Shown here: one piece after another, positions 27,262 to 36,856 of the stretch | How positions within the stretch are numbered: position 1 is the first letter of the stretch | Layout of the letters: the number at the start of each line of letters is the position of its first letter | DNA from: Nitrosopumilaceae archaeon | Lineage (GTDB): Archaea; Thermoproteota; Nitrososphaeria; Nitrososphaerales; Nitrosopumilaceae | Length of the DNA stretch: 64,000 nt | Direction: 5' to 3' | NCBI GenBank assembly: GCA_965214835.1 | Contig: CBDCCK010000002.1 | Location: forward strand, 32,001-96,000 | The notes under the pieces: model-generated | Databases searched by the model: none | What the model was told of the DNA's origin: nothing | Seen by the model: the letters and a program-made list of their open reading frames with translations, nothing else | Position numbers and translations under genes: made by a program

Positions 27262-30165
27262 TTATGCGCCTCTTGGATGACTGCCCTGATGGCGCCTGTC
27301 TGAGCGACACTCCTTACACCACGACTGCGGCCGGGTTATGCCGCTTGTGCGCCTGAATCCGAAGGCCGACATGATCTCCTTTCTGCCAGACGCATGTGCA
27401 CCGCATGACGGACAGGTGGCAACTTGTTTTGGAGCTCCACCCGTGGATTCGGACTGCTTGCTATCCGAGCCAGCCCCGTCCAGTACATCCTTCAACCCCG
27501 CACTATTCCGCACCATCCCACAGTTCACCCATGCCCCATATCCACCATCATTATTCACTGCATCCACCCATTCGTCCAGTGCCTTTTGCTTCCTGCCGGC
27601 CTCCTCCTCTTCGGCACCCTTTACCTCAATCACGGCGGTGACTCCGTTGTCAAGCACGGCCAGAAAGTCCGGATAATAGTCGTGCCACGCGCCTTCAAAA
27701 TGGTATGGTATCCGAAATCCCAGATGTTGATCGTTTTTTACCCACGCCCGCACCAGTGAATTGCGCTCAAACTCGCGCATGGCATCCTTTTCCGGTTCAG
27801 TGTCATACACGCCCACGTTCAGGTGGCACTTTGACACGTCGTCCTCCGGCAACCATCTGCGCCGGGAGTACCATCGCGGCATGGTCTTGGTGGACTTGAC
27901 AGGGTGCGCCGGATCGTCCGGCTTGAAATACGTGCTAGTCGTTTTTTCATATTGGATGCACCCTACCACGTGTTCCACTATGTCGTTTATTTTGGCCTTG
28001 AGTGAACGGGCATATTTTTCCTTCTCGGATCTGTGCACTCCGGCAACCGTGATGCCGCTGCCGCTGACATAGCCCTCAACGGCCCGTATGAGATCTGTGA
28101 TTCTGGCCGGATTCATAGTGCCTGGCCAGATCCTTTTACCCACGTCTAACGAGATCCGAAATACAAGCTCCTGCAGGCGCATTCCATCCACCTTAAGCTC
28201 GGTCTCCGGGCCGATATGCTTGCCTGAAATCAACTGCGCAACTGTCACGCTGGTTGCTATATCGCCACCCTGAATCTCGATGGGAGAGATGCTCACAGGG
28301 CCGAGCCTTTCGCGGTGCTCCATCTTTACCGATCCATCGGGCCAGCCGATCTCATACTCTGACTTGGAGTCTTCCGGATACACGGCGGTCACCGGCTGGC
28401 TGGTCGTCTCACCGGCGTCGTCGCTCCCTTCATGCGGCATGAACGAGAACGGTATTCCGAACACGTTGACGTATTCTGGCAGCAGCAGTCCGGTATCGCA
28501 GTCCACCTCGTACGAGTTGCGGCGCAGACCCCGGCCCACCACCTGCTCACACAGCAGCTGGCTCTCAAACGCCCTGAGGCCCATTATGTGGGTGACGTTG
28601 TGGGCGTCCCACCCCTCCGTAAGCATGTTTACCGATACCACGTGGGTAACGTCCTGTCCGGGCTCGCCTTCCTTGCCGACGGTGTCTATCTTGGTGCGCA
28701 GCTCCCGCGAGCCGTCGTCATCCTTGCTGTCCAGCGCCATCGAGTCTATCTTTTCCATGCCTCCTGCAAGATCCCCGAACCGTCCGCTGTTGGCATTAAA
28801 GTGGTTTACTATCCGGCTGGCAGACTTTGTGTTGTTGCACACCGTTATCATGACGGGCGGTATTGCATACTTGCTGTCCCTCCAGTCTTGCAGCGTCCTT
28901 TTCCAGTCATCGCCCAGGATCTCGTACGCGTCGGAGACCAGCTGGGGGAGAGGATCCGACTCGTTACGCCTCATCCCAAAGTCCCCCCTTACCTGTGGGA
29001 ATATGTGGTGGAACCGGGACGCGCCGTCGTCACCGGTGATGCCACTGTCGTCATACTTTGGCGTCTTTGGCGTCTTTACCAGCCCCGATTCTATGGCGTC
29101 CTCCAGGGAAAAGTCCGAGATCACCCACTTGAACCGCTCCACCTCGCTTACAGAGTGTCCGGTTGGCCGGAACGGCGTGGCCGAAAAATCATAACATGTC
29201 ATGATGCCGCGATCCTGGTGTATCCTGTCCAGGCCCTCCATCCACCGGGTGGCACGCTCCATCTCGTCCTTCGCGTCCTTGCCTGTCCTGCCGACATCGC
29301 CATCTGCCACCGGCCGCCAGGCGTGGTGGGCCTCGTCGTTTATTACCAGTATGTTGCGCGATGTATGGCCCAGCACGTCCTTGGAGAACTTGATGTCAGA
29401 TACGGGAATGTCGCGCATGACGCGCGAGGCCTGTCCTGCCGGCTTTTTCTGTTCGGCCATGTTCATCAGAACGTGCCAGTTGTGTGTGACTATCCTGGCC
29501 CTGTTGAGGGCTTCAAGTCCGTTTCTGTCAACGATTGCAAACTTTTCATAATAGTTATTCGGGTTGCTCGGATCAAGGACTGCCAGCCTCCTCCTGACAG
29601 ATATGCTGGGCGCCACGATCAGTACGTTTCTGGTAAAGCCTGCGCCCCGGTCGTTAAGGTGGTTTAGGACCTGCCAGGCAATCAGCATGGCCATGACAAC
29701 TGTCTTGCCGGTGCCCGTTGCCATCTTGCAGCAGAGCCTTTTGAAACCGCTTCCGTCCCCCTCCAGTTTACGGATGAGGGCGTCGTTTCTACCTATTTCA
29801 TGCGCCCAGATTATCGTCTCTATGGCCTCCAGCTGACAGTAAAAGAGTCGGCTGTCTGGACTGCGCATGCTGACATCCCTCCAGCGCTTCAGCAGTCTTC
29901 GGGTGGTGCCGGTGGCTCCCTCATATCCGCACATCCTCCACTCGGACACCTTTTTTCTTATCCTGTTGATGTGCGGTATCTCCTCAAAGAATCCGGCGTC
30001 ATCCCCCCTTCTGCTTCCATCAGTGGCCCTGGTGTATCCAGCAGGGCGCCTGCCGTTCATTTTTTCATACCGCCCAAGATGCGGGTTGAACCGCCAGTAC
30101 ATGTCCGGCTCCTTGTACGGACTGCATATTATCAGCTTCTTGATCGGCTTTACAGGCTCACTCAA
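27262..30165 (-). CDS. res: Type III restriction endonuclease Res subunit with C-terminal Zn-ribbon extension
   Basis: Q.EAIET, KMATGTGKT, DEAHH, SATP, MLTEGWDA, EQVVGRGLRR, nuclease motif YYPDF...IEVKG. Confidence 0.93.
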   Translation of the reverse strand: MSEPVKPIKKLIICSPYKEPDMYWRFNPHLGRYEKMNGRRPAGYTRATDGSRRGDDAGFFEEIPHINRIRKKVSEWRMCGYEGATGTTRRLLKRWRDVSMRSPDSRLFYCQLEAIETIIWAHEIGRNDALIRKLEGDGSGFKRLCCKMATGTGKTVVMAMLIAWQVLNHLNDRGAGFTRNVLIVAPSISVRRRLAVLDPSNPNNYYEKFAIVDRNGLEALNRARIVTHNWHVLMNMAEQKKPAGQASRVMRDIPVSDIKFSKDVLGHTSRNILVINDEAHHAWRPVADGDVGRTGKDAKDEMERATRWMEGLDRIHQDRGIMTCYDFSATPFRPTGHSVSEVERFKWVISDFSLEDAIESGLVKTPKTPKYDDSGITGDDGASRFHHIFPQVRGDFGMRRNESDPLPQLVSDAYEILGDDWKRTLQDWRDSKYAIPPVMITVCNNTKSASRIVNHFNANSGRFGDLAGGMEKIDSMALDSKDDDGSRELRTKIDTVGKEGEPGQDVTHVVSVNMLTEGWDAHNVTHIMGLRAFESQLLCEQVVGRGLRRNSYEVDCDTGLLLPEYVNVFGIPFSFMPHEGSDDAGETTSQPVTAVYPEDSKSEYEIGWPDGSVKMEHRERLGPVSISPIEIQGGDIATSVTVAQLISGKHIGPETELKVDGMRLQELVFRISLDVGKRIWPGTMNPARITDLIRAVEGYVSGSGITVAGVHRSEKEKYARSLKAKINDIVEHVVGCIQYEKTTSTYFKPDDPAHPVKSTKTMPRWYSRRRWLPEDDVSKCHLNVGVYDTEPEKDAMREFERNSLVRAWVKNDQHLGFRIPYHFEGAWHDYYPDFLAVLDNGVTAVIEVKGAEEEEAGRKQKALDEWVDAVNNDGGYGAWVNCGMVRNSAGLKDVLDGAGSDSKQSESTGGAPKQVATCPSCGAHASGRKEIMSAFGFRRTSGITRPQSWCKECRSDRRHQGSHPRGA

Positions 30166-32866
30166 CGTCCAGTACCCTCATGGTCTCGCGCCCGGCCCAG
30201 TCAATCACCTTTACGGCGATCCTTTTTGATCCGCCGGCGCCGCCCTTTGCCGGGCTGAACGGCAGCGACCGTGTCTGCATGTGCGCCTCCAGCCTGTCGG
30301 CGTTTATGACGGCCTTGAGATCCTTCAGCATGCTACGGTACAGCCTGTCCCCAGAGCTTCCCTGTATGGGAAAGAAGACCTGCCGCGGGTACATGCAGCG
30401 GCCGTCATAATCCGTATCAAGAGACCACATGGCTATGCGGTCCGTGTTTCCAGAATCCATCTTCCCCGTGTTAGGATCCATATAGTCAAACCCCCTGACC
30501 TCCACGACGCATGTGCCATCATCTGCCATTTCCAGTTCCACATCAGGCTGCCCGATCATCCAAAAGGTGGCAGACTTTGGGGATTTGGGAGACTTGAGGT
30601 CATGGTTCATCAGATCCTTGTTTATGTCCACCATGTAGAACTTTTCCGTTATTCCCCTGTTGCCGTTCAGTGTGGATATCTCGTCATGCACGGCGGGATC
30701 AAACTGCATCGCGGCAAAGATCACAATGTCGAATTTTTCTCCCAGCTGTCTGATTTCTTCGCACACGGACTGGATCTGCCTGGTATCCATCGTGCCGTAT
30801 TCCGGCCCAAACGAGACGGCTGCCCTCTTGGAGTCGGCAGTCACGCCTGAGGCATGGATCCATTTTGACGTGGGGTGAGGTGCCATGCTCTCAAACTTTA
30901 TTCTGACCCTTCCGGATATGCCTGCGTGCCGGAGTGCCGTACGCCAGTTGTCCTGAAAGGCTTTTCCTGATAACCTGTTGTCTTCTTGGTTCTCCCTTGC
31001 ATGTATGACGTCAAGCGACTCCACGGATGGCGGCGAGGCCGACTCTACAGTAAACGGTCCGGACACCCTCTTCTTGGCTTTGTCGACAAGCGGCTTGTCG
31101 TAGAGTGTCTCCTGCCTGTGCTCGGACTCGCCGTCTGGATCCTCATCCCCTGCACCCTCATCGGCAACACCCGCTACCGATTTTTTGGTCTTTCTTTCCA
31201 CGGTATCGTACTGGAATCCCCCACATACGCCGTCCTCGTCTGACTTTAGCTTGTAATAATCAAAGACTGCCGACATCAGACGCATCCGCGCAAGGAAGAT
31301 TGCAACCTGTGAGGTGTCCATCGTGATCCACCTGCGTCCGAGCCTCTCTGCCACGAACGCGGTAGTCCCGGATCCGCAGGTGGGATCCAGAACCAGATCA
31401 CCGGGATTCGTGGCCATCAGCATGCACCTCTGCACCACCTTGGACTTGGTCTGTACGACATAGATCTTCTCGGAGGTAAAACCGCCAGCGGTGTCTGTCC
31501 AGACGTTGGTGAACTTTGTCAATGGGAAATCATCGTAATAGAGTTTGTAGCGCAACCTTTTTCCGCTGGGGACAAGACGGCCTTTTTCTGCCAGTGCATC
31601 CATGACTCTGGTAGATACCCTCCACTGCCCGTCACTTGGGGGATTGTACTCCTTACCTTGGAATGTGTATGGCACGGTTCTCGTCTCACTATAATGAGCT
31701 GAATCCATACGATCTAGGTTAAACTGTCTTGCATTCGGATATTGGTCGCGTTTGGAGACTGAAACATGTTTGCCATTACCAATGTCAAGTTTGTCAAATG
31801 TCTTGTCTCTTTCTTCAGGCGTTCTCGCTCGAAACAGGTTGTTGCTCTTAAACAAGCGTTTGTCCTTTGCGTACCATAACAGAATGTCAAACACGCTGGA
31901 AAGGTGTTCCGACGTGCTCTGCGTCGTCTTCTGGAAGCTTATCTGCGATACGAAGTTACCTGCCCCGAATACCTCGTCGAGGATCTCCCTTACGTGGTGC
32001 ACGTTATCATCGCTTATCTGGACGAATATGCTGCCCTCCTCGTGCAGTAGCGTCCTAGACAAATGCAGTCGGTCTCGCATGTACGTCAGATAGGAGTGTA
32101 TCCCGAGCTCCCATGTGTCACGAAACGCCCTTATAGTCTCCGGATCCTTTGACAGATCCTCGTCCTTATCGCCCACCCCCTTCTTGTTGACATCGGACTG
32201 AAAGTTTGACTTGTAATCAATCCCGTACGGGGGATCAAAGTATATCATCTTGACCTTGCCTTCCATCCCCTCCTTTTCTATCAGCGAGTTCATTATGTTC
32301 AGCGAGTCACCTGCAATGAGCCGGTTGGTCCAGTCGTACTCGTGCTCGTAAAAGGATATGGCCTTGGAATATGGAAGCGTCCTCTGTCCGTCGTCGAAAA
32401 AATCCGTCATGCTGGACTGCTCCTGAAGATCCCTTCTTGTAAGGTTCAGAATCAGGGTCATCGGATCCACCTTCTCGTGCATGTGTAGTGGCACGGTATC
32501 CACGTCAAACTCCTGCCGTTCTTCCCTACCTGCCCAGTACAACGCAGGACTCTGGTTGGGGTCGTACCGGTACCGTTGTGGCCTGTCATCATCCTTAAAG
32601 TTTGCAAAAAGCCCGGTTTCAGGAATGTTCTTGCGCTTCTCGTTGCTGTGGACATATCTGCCGGCTTGGACTCTGGTCTTTCCAGCGAGCTTGGATCCAT
32701 CGGATCGTCGGGATTTTTTTCTCTTACCGGATGATCTGCCGTCTGGTGATCCTTTTTGATCAAAAGCTTGGGAATCGGGCGATTTGCCACTTCTACCCGT
32801 TTTTCTAGAATTATAACTGTCTGTTTTTCGCGGTCTGCCACGGCCTCGGTACGAGGTCGTAGCCAT
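30158..32866 (-). CDS. mod: Type III R-M N6-adenine methyltransferase (Mod)
   Basis: NRLIAGDSL, IYFDPPYG, LDPTCGSGTTA; overlaps the res start. Confidence 0.94.
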   Translation of the reverse strand: MATTSYRGRGRPRKTDSYNSRKTGRSGKSPDSQAFDQKGSPDGRSSGKRKKSRRSDGSKLAGKTRVQAGRYVHSNEKRKNIPETGLFANFKDDDRPQRYRYDPNQSPALYWAGREERQEFDVDTVPLHMHEKVDPMTLILNLTRRDLQEQSSMTDFFDDGQRTLPYSKAISFYEHEYDWTNRLIAGDSLNIMNSLIEKEGMEGKVKMIYFDPPYGIDYKSNFQSDVNKKGVGDKDEDLSKDPETIRAFRDTWELGIHSYLTYMRDRLHLSRTLLHEEGSIFVQISDDNVHHVREILDEVFGAGNFVSQISFQKTTQSTSEHLSSVFDILLWYAKDKRLFKSNNLFRARTPEERDKTFDKLDIGNGKHVSVSKRDQYPNARQFNLDRMDSAHYSETRTVPYTFQGKEYNPPSDGQWRVSTRVMDALAEKGRLVPSGKRLRYKLYYDDFPLTKFTNVWTDTAGGFTSEKIYVVQTKSKVVQRCMLMATNPGDLVLDPTCGSGTTAFVAERLGRRWITMDTSQVAIFLARMRLMSAVFDYYKLKSDEDGVCGGFQYDTVERKTKKSVAGVADEGAGDEDPDGESEHRQETLYDKPLVDKAKKRVSGPFTVESASPPSVESLDVIHARENQEDNRLSGKAFQDNWRTALRHAGISGRVRIKFESMAPHPTSKWIHASGVTADSKRAAVSFGPEYGTMDTRQIQSVCEEIRQLGEKFDIVIFAAMQFDPAVHDEISTLNGNRGITEKFYMVDINKDLMNHDLKSPKSPKSATFWMIGQPDVELEMADDGTCVVEVRGFDYMDPNTGKMDSGNTDRIAMWSLDTDYDGRCMYPRQVFFPIQGSSGDRLYRSMLKDLKAVINADRLEAHMQTRSLPFSPAKGGAGGSKRIAVKVIDWAGRETMRVLDVE

Positions 32867-33000
32867 CAGAAACCGGCCTCCTTAGAGGGATGGTGTGAGA
32901 GTTGGGTTTTGGATTCGGATCTTATGCTGGGCGGTATGAGATCAAACGAACTGACTCCATAGGAATGCCTGCATCCGGGACGCATCCAATTTTCTGTATT

Positions 33001-33115
33001 GGAGTCTTGTGGAGTCTTGTGGAGTCTTGTGGAGTCTTGTGGAGTCTTGTGGAGTCTTGTGGAGTCTTGTGGAGTCTTGTGGAGTCTTGTGGAGTCTTGT
33101 GGAGTCTTGTGGAGT
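33001..33115. repeat. 10-bp perfect tandem repeat GGAGTCTTGT x11.5 upstream of mod
   Basis: Read directly from the sequence. Confidence 0.97.
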
Positions 33116-33785
33116 TATCGAGCATACTACAATGGGGGATGAAATTGTCTGACATTTTAATCTTCAAAACCATACATGAACACAACATGTGTGTGTATTA
33201 AAATCTCCCTAGCATGACAGATTACCCTCTCTCACTGCAGTACACTGGTAAATCTTCGTGGTTTTTCAGCAGGGTGTTAAGTTGGGGGTTTATAGCGGGG
33301 AGTAGATTTGAACTACTGATTTGCGGGTTATGAGCCCGCCGGGATGACTTAGCCCAAAAGCGTCTGACTTCCCCACCCCGCTGAATCATCAATTTGTTTG
33401 GGCAGTATATACTTTTTATCAAACCCTGTTATGTTTGTTTTATACAGAAATTTAGTCCAATATTTTGAGAAAAACTAATGAATACTTTGCCCTTTACCAA
33501 TCAAGAAAAACGATGAAAAAAGACCATCCCGCACAATCAGAAACCCATCCAGTGTCTTTCAAACCATTTGCCCTAGTCAACATGTATCAAACAACGTTTC
33601 AGATAAACCTGACGGCTTTTACCGTGTGATCAAGACCGTGATACACGTTGCCGGCGCCTGATTCGATCAGGGTTTTGAGAAAAACGGAGGTGGCGCCTCT
33701 CACATGCGTGCACACCAGCATCCCTCTGCCTGCAAGCGAGTCCGGACATACCTTCCGCATGGAATGAATGATCCTCATGCCATAA

Positions 33786-34508
33786 TCATCTCTTCCGCAT
33801 TACGGTCTCCCACTGCGACCACGTGCCCGTCTTTGGGCCGTCCCGCTCGGTCACCTGCTCGCATGGCGCGACCACGTACTCAAAGTCCGCGCACAGCCAG
33901 TCCAGCTCCCGGCGCGAATAGAAGTGTACGTTAAGCCCCCTCTTCGGGCCGTCCTTATACAGGACAGTAAAGCCCCCCACATCATCCCGCTCTGTCACCT
34001 CGTGATCAAAATAGACGTCCGTGGATGCGGAATTTACGCGCAAAAAGAACAGGCCGCCGGATCTCAGCATTCTTGAGACCTTTTCAAAGTATTCCCGGAC
34101 CTGTGCCCCCGTCCCGTGCTGGAACACCTGTATCGACACTATGTAATCCAGCAGTTTCTCCGGACAGTCTGCAAAGTCCATACAGGACAGCCTGCCTGCC
34201 AGATCCGGTCTCCGTTCGGACAGCTGCCTTATTGCCACAGGCGAGACGTCGATGCCGCGAATTCCCAGTCCAGCGTCGGCAAGAGGGACAAAATTCCTCC
34301 CATTGCCGCATCCCACATACAGTCCGTCTCCACAACCTGGCCCGGCGATGTCCTCGGCGGACCCGCCTACGAGCGTGTCGACTATCCTGTCGGTGAAAGC
34401 TATGCTTGGCACGTCTGAATATTTTCCATCTGCATACTGGGCATCCCATCTCTGCGACACCAAGTCGTCATCCACCACATACACTCTGCCGTGATGACTA
34501 TTTAGCAA
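33786..34508 (-). CDS. Class I SAM-dependent methyltransferase
   Basis: LYVGCGNGRN, GIDVS..AI, L..GG.F; the true start may lie downstream. Confidence 0.82.
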   Translation of the reverse strand: MLNSHHGRVYVVDDDLVSQRWDAQYADGKYSDVPSIAFTDRIVDTLVGGSAEDIAGPGCGDGLYVGCGNGRNFVPLADAGLGIRGIDVSPVAIRQLSERRPDLAGRLSCMDFADCPEKLLDYIVSIQVFQHGTGAQVREYFEKVSRMLRSGGLFFLRVNSASTDVYFDHEVTERDDVGGFTVLYKDGPKRGLNVHFYSRRELDWLCADFEYVVAPCEQVTERDGPKTGTWSQWETVMRKR

Positions 34509-34616
34509 TTACATCCAACAGTCAGCAGGCCAAAACGCAAGCCACTCCCTCGCTCCATGACACGCCATTTCGTCAGGATGCAGTCTGACAGACAAACCGT
34601 CATGATTATGGGTTTG

Positions 34617-34687
34617 TGGACCCCCCGGGAATCGAACCCGGACCTCTCGGGTCTTAATCGAGCGTATTCCCATTATACTAGGGGCCC
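34617..34687 (-). tRNA. tRNA with AAG anticodon and alanine-type acceptor stem (G3:U70, A73)
   Basis: GGGCCCC TA GTAT-AATGGGA-ATAC G CTCGA-TTAAGAC-CCGAG AGGT CCGGG-TTCGATT-CCCGG GGGGTCC A. Full cloverleaf with an A31-C39 mismatch, short variable loop and no encoded CCA. Confidence 0.85.
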
Positions 34688-34689
34688 AC

Positions 34690-34760
34690 AAGGTTTAAAA
34701 TGCAACATTCTCTATAATCCTCGGGTCTTAATCGAGTAGTACAGCATTGTACTAGCCTTT
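34690..34760 (-). pseudogene. Degenerate tandem tRNA-like copy retaining a D-arm and an identical anticodon arm
   Basis: Minus strand TA GTAC-AATGCT-GTAC TA CTCGATTAAGACCCGAG. The 17 bp at 34720-34736 are identical to 34646-34662. Confidence 0.6.
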
Positions 34761-35690
34761 TTTTCTAATTAAAAACAACAGGAAATTCCAGCCAAACCGC
34801 CCCCAAAAGTTCAAGGCATCATACTCCCAAAAACCAGAACGCCAAATCAAGCCACACAGTCGCGGCACAGGTCCAATCCTGCCGGCAGCCATGCAGTTCC
34901 CAAAACACCAGTTCTCCCTCCCCTGGCAGGCCCATACGGTGCACATCCCCCAAACCCGCCCCATAAAATTCAAAACACAAAACCAAAAACCGCGCCGCCC
35001 TGCAAAGCAGAAAACACGCATGACACGCCGCCGTCACGCCTCTGCCATACAAGTTCAAGCTCCAGTCAAAATTCAAAACAAAAAATTAAAAATTCAAAAT
35101 TCAAAAAGGCGGGCCCTGCGCGCAAAATTTCAGCCCGGAATGAAATTAAAATTTCAAATCAAATCAAAATTAAAAAAGGCGGGGCGCTGCGCCGCCAGTC
35201 AGAACGTATTCTGAAAAAGCCAGGGCTGTAACTTTAAGGCATAGGCAATCATACAAAGTCGTAACTTTAAGTCGCAGGCACCGTCTGGCAGAAAAACGGA
35301 ACCTGCCGAAAAATGGCATCCTGATATGGAAGGCTGCAGGAAGTCACAGTCTGGCATCCGGACTGAACGGGCACAAAGTCAAAACAAGACAGGATTAGGC
35401 AGGCCTGAAGCGTCAAATTCACTGCCCGGAATCGACAGATAAAATCAAACTTTTCAATAAAAGTCAGAAATGCGGGGGGCCTCCTCAATAAAATTGTATA
35501 ATAAATTGAATTTGAAGTGAAATTTTTGAAATGAAATTTTTGAAATGAAATTGGAATTTTGAATCTGGACGGGGCGCCTGGGGGCTGCTTCCAGTGCGGT
35601 GAAGTGCATCCCGGTATGAAATCAGCCTGCAGATGCCAGGACTTTCATGCAATCCTGGGAAATAGGGGAAAGGAAAAGTCAGAAATCAAA

Positions 35691-35964
35691 CGGGGGTATA
35701 AAATTAAAAAAAATGAAAGCTGAGGATATTACAATTGTCGCAGGTGAGGCTGAAATCATACGCAATGGAGAAAATTCAAAATCAGGCGGGGGTATAAAAT
35801 TACAAAAAAAATAAAAAAATTCAAAATCAAACGGGGGTATAAAATTGCAAAAAAAATAAAATTTTTCAGAAAAGGCGCGCGGGGCCTGGAATTTTTACGG
35901 GGGTATAAAATTTTGATGCGGTAAAAATTGGAATGGGGGATAATTAAATTGGACGGGGGTATAA
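35691..35964. repeat. Five CGGGGGTATAA(AATT) motifs in an AT-rich, A-tract-rich non-coding region
   Basis: Copies start at 35691, 35787, 35832, 35898 and 35954; includes a ~45-bp tandem duplication at 35771-35860. Confidence 0.85.
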
Positions 35965-35998
35965 CTTGCGGACTATGACAAATTCAGCACCTAAAAAA

Positions 35999-36403
35999 TC
36001 AGGAGGCAGGCACCTGCAGTGTAACACGTCCGGCCTTTATACCGGCCTCTATTTTGTCCCCCCTGCCGGCCCCGAGGGCGCGTATGTACTCCACCGGAAT
36101 GGTCACCCTGGTGGTATAGTAGCTCTGGGTCTTGTAGGTGCGCGTCCTCTTTGTCCTTACGGTTACGGGGACGTATCCTGAGGATGCCGGTGGTTCTGCG
36201 TGCAGCGTGATTGTGCGGCCGCGCAGCACGGCATAGAGCGTCATGTCGTCATGCAGCCGGGCCTGTCCTGCCGTCTCTGACGGTATGGTGACCGTATACG
36301 TATCGTGCGTAAAGACGCCGGCAGGCTCTGTCTTTTTCTTGCGGTGGGCGCACAGCACTGGCATCACACATACGTGAATGCCGCAGGATTTAAGACTCGG
36401 CAT
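35999..36403 (-). CDS. Tandem AbrB/SpoVT-like DNA-binding protein
   Basis: Two VTIP...L...GD-type repeats (VTIPSETAGQARL; RVTIPVEYIRALGAGRGDKI). Confidence 0.7.
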   Translation of the reverse strand: MPSLKSCGIHVCVMPVLCAHRKKKTEPAGVFTHDTYTVTIPSETAGQARLHDDMTLYAVLRGRTITLHAEPPASSGYVPVTVRTKRTRTYKTQSYYTTRVTIPVEYIRALGAGRGDKIEAGIKAGRVTLQVPAS

Positions 36404-36848
36404 GGCAGGGCGGCTCCAGGGCCTCTACGATAATGTCGGTTTTCGTGTCGGCGTAGAGGGATGCCAGTAGCCTGACGTCTCTGATGAGGCGCCTTGCGCA
36501 GGATATGTGTATCCTGGAGGTGCCGGTGCGGCGCTTGAGGAACACGCTGACGGGCGCCCCGGGCATCGCGTCAGACAGGTGCGCCTTGAGGGCCTTGCTC
36601 CTGACTGACAGGTCAAGCGAGGAGACCTCGCCGCGCCTCTCCGGGTACCTGTCCGGAAGCGCCTCCAGGGGCGTCCCGGTCTGCCTTGAGGCGCGCCTCA
36701 TAGCGCGGCTGAGCCTGAAGCTGGCCCTGCCGCAGAACGGAACCTGCACGGCTCCGTTGCGGCTGCCCGCCGGTGCGGGCTGGCTGTGTGCCGTCCCAAG
36801 CTGGACGGTCGTCTGTTGCTGCTGTAGGTTTGATGATGATTTTTTCAT
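36390..36848 (-). CDS. Hypothetical basic protein
   Basis: GGAGG RBS and ATG after a GGCC-GAAA-GGCC hairpin. Confidence 0.55.
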   Translation of the reverse strand: MKKSSSNLQQQQTTVQLGTAHSQPAPAGSRNGAVQVPFCGRASFRLSRAMRRASRQTGTPLEALPDRYPERRGEVSSLDLSVRSKALKAHLSDAMPGAPVSVFLKRRTGTSRIHISCARRLIRDVRLLASLYADTKTDIIVEALEPPCHAES

Positions 36849-36856
36849 ATCATCCT

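Noticed and set aside
32902-33201. ORFs with LVESCGVLWS / TRLHKTPQDS repeats
   Set aside because: These are translations of the 10-bp microsatellite.
34617-34687. Genome-wide reassignment of CUN codons to alanine
   Set aside because: CTT and CTG occupy invariant leucine positions in PolB (HLDLY, SLYPS, KGL).
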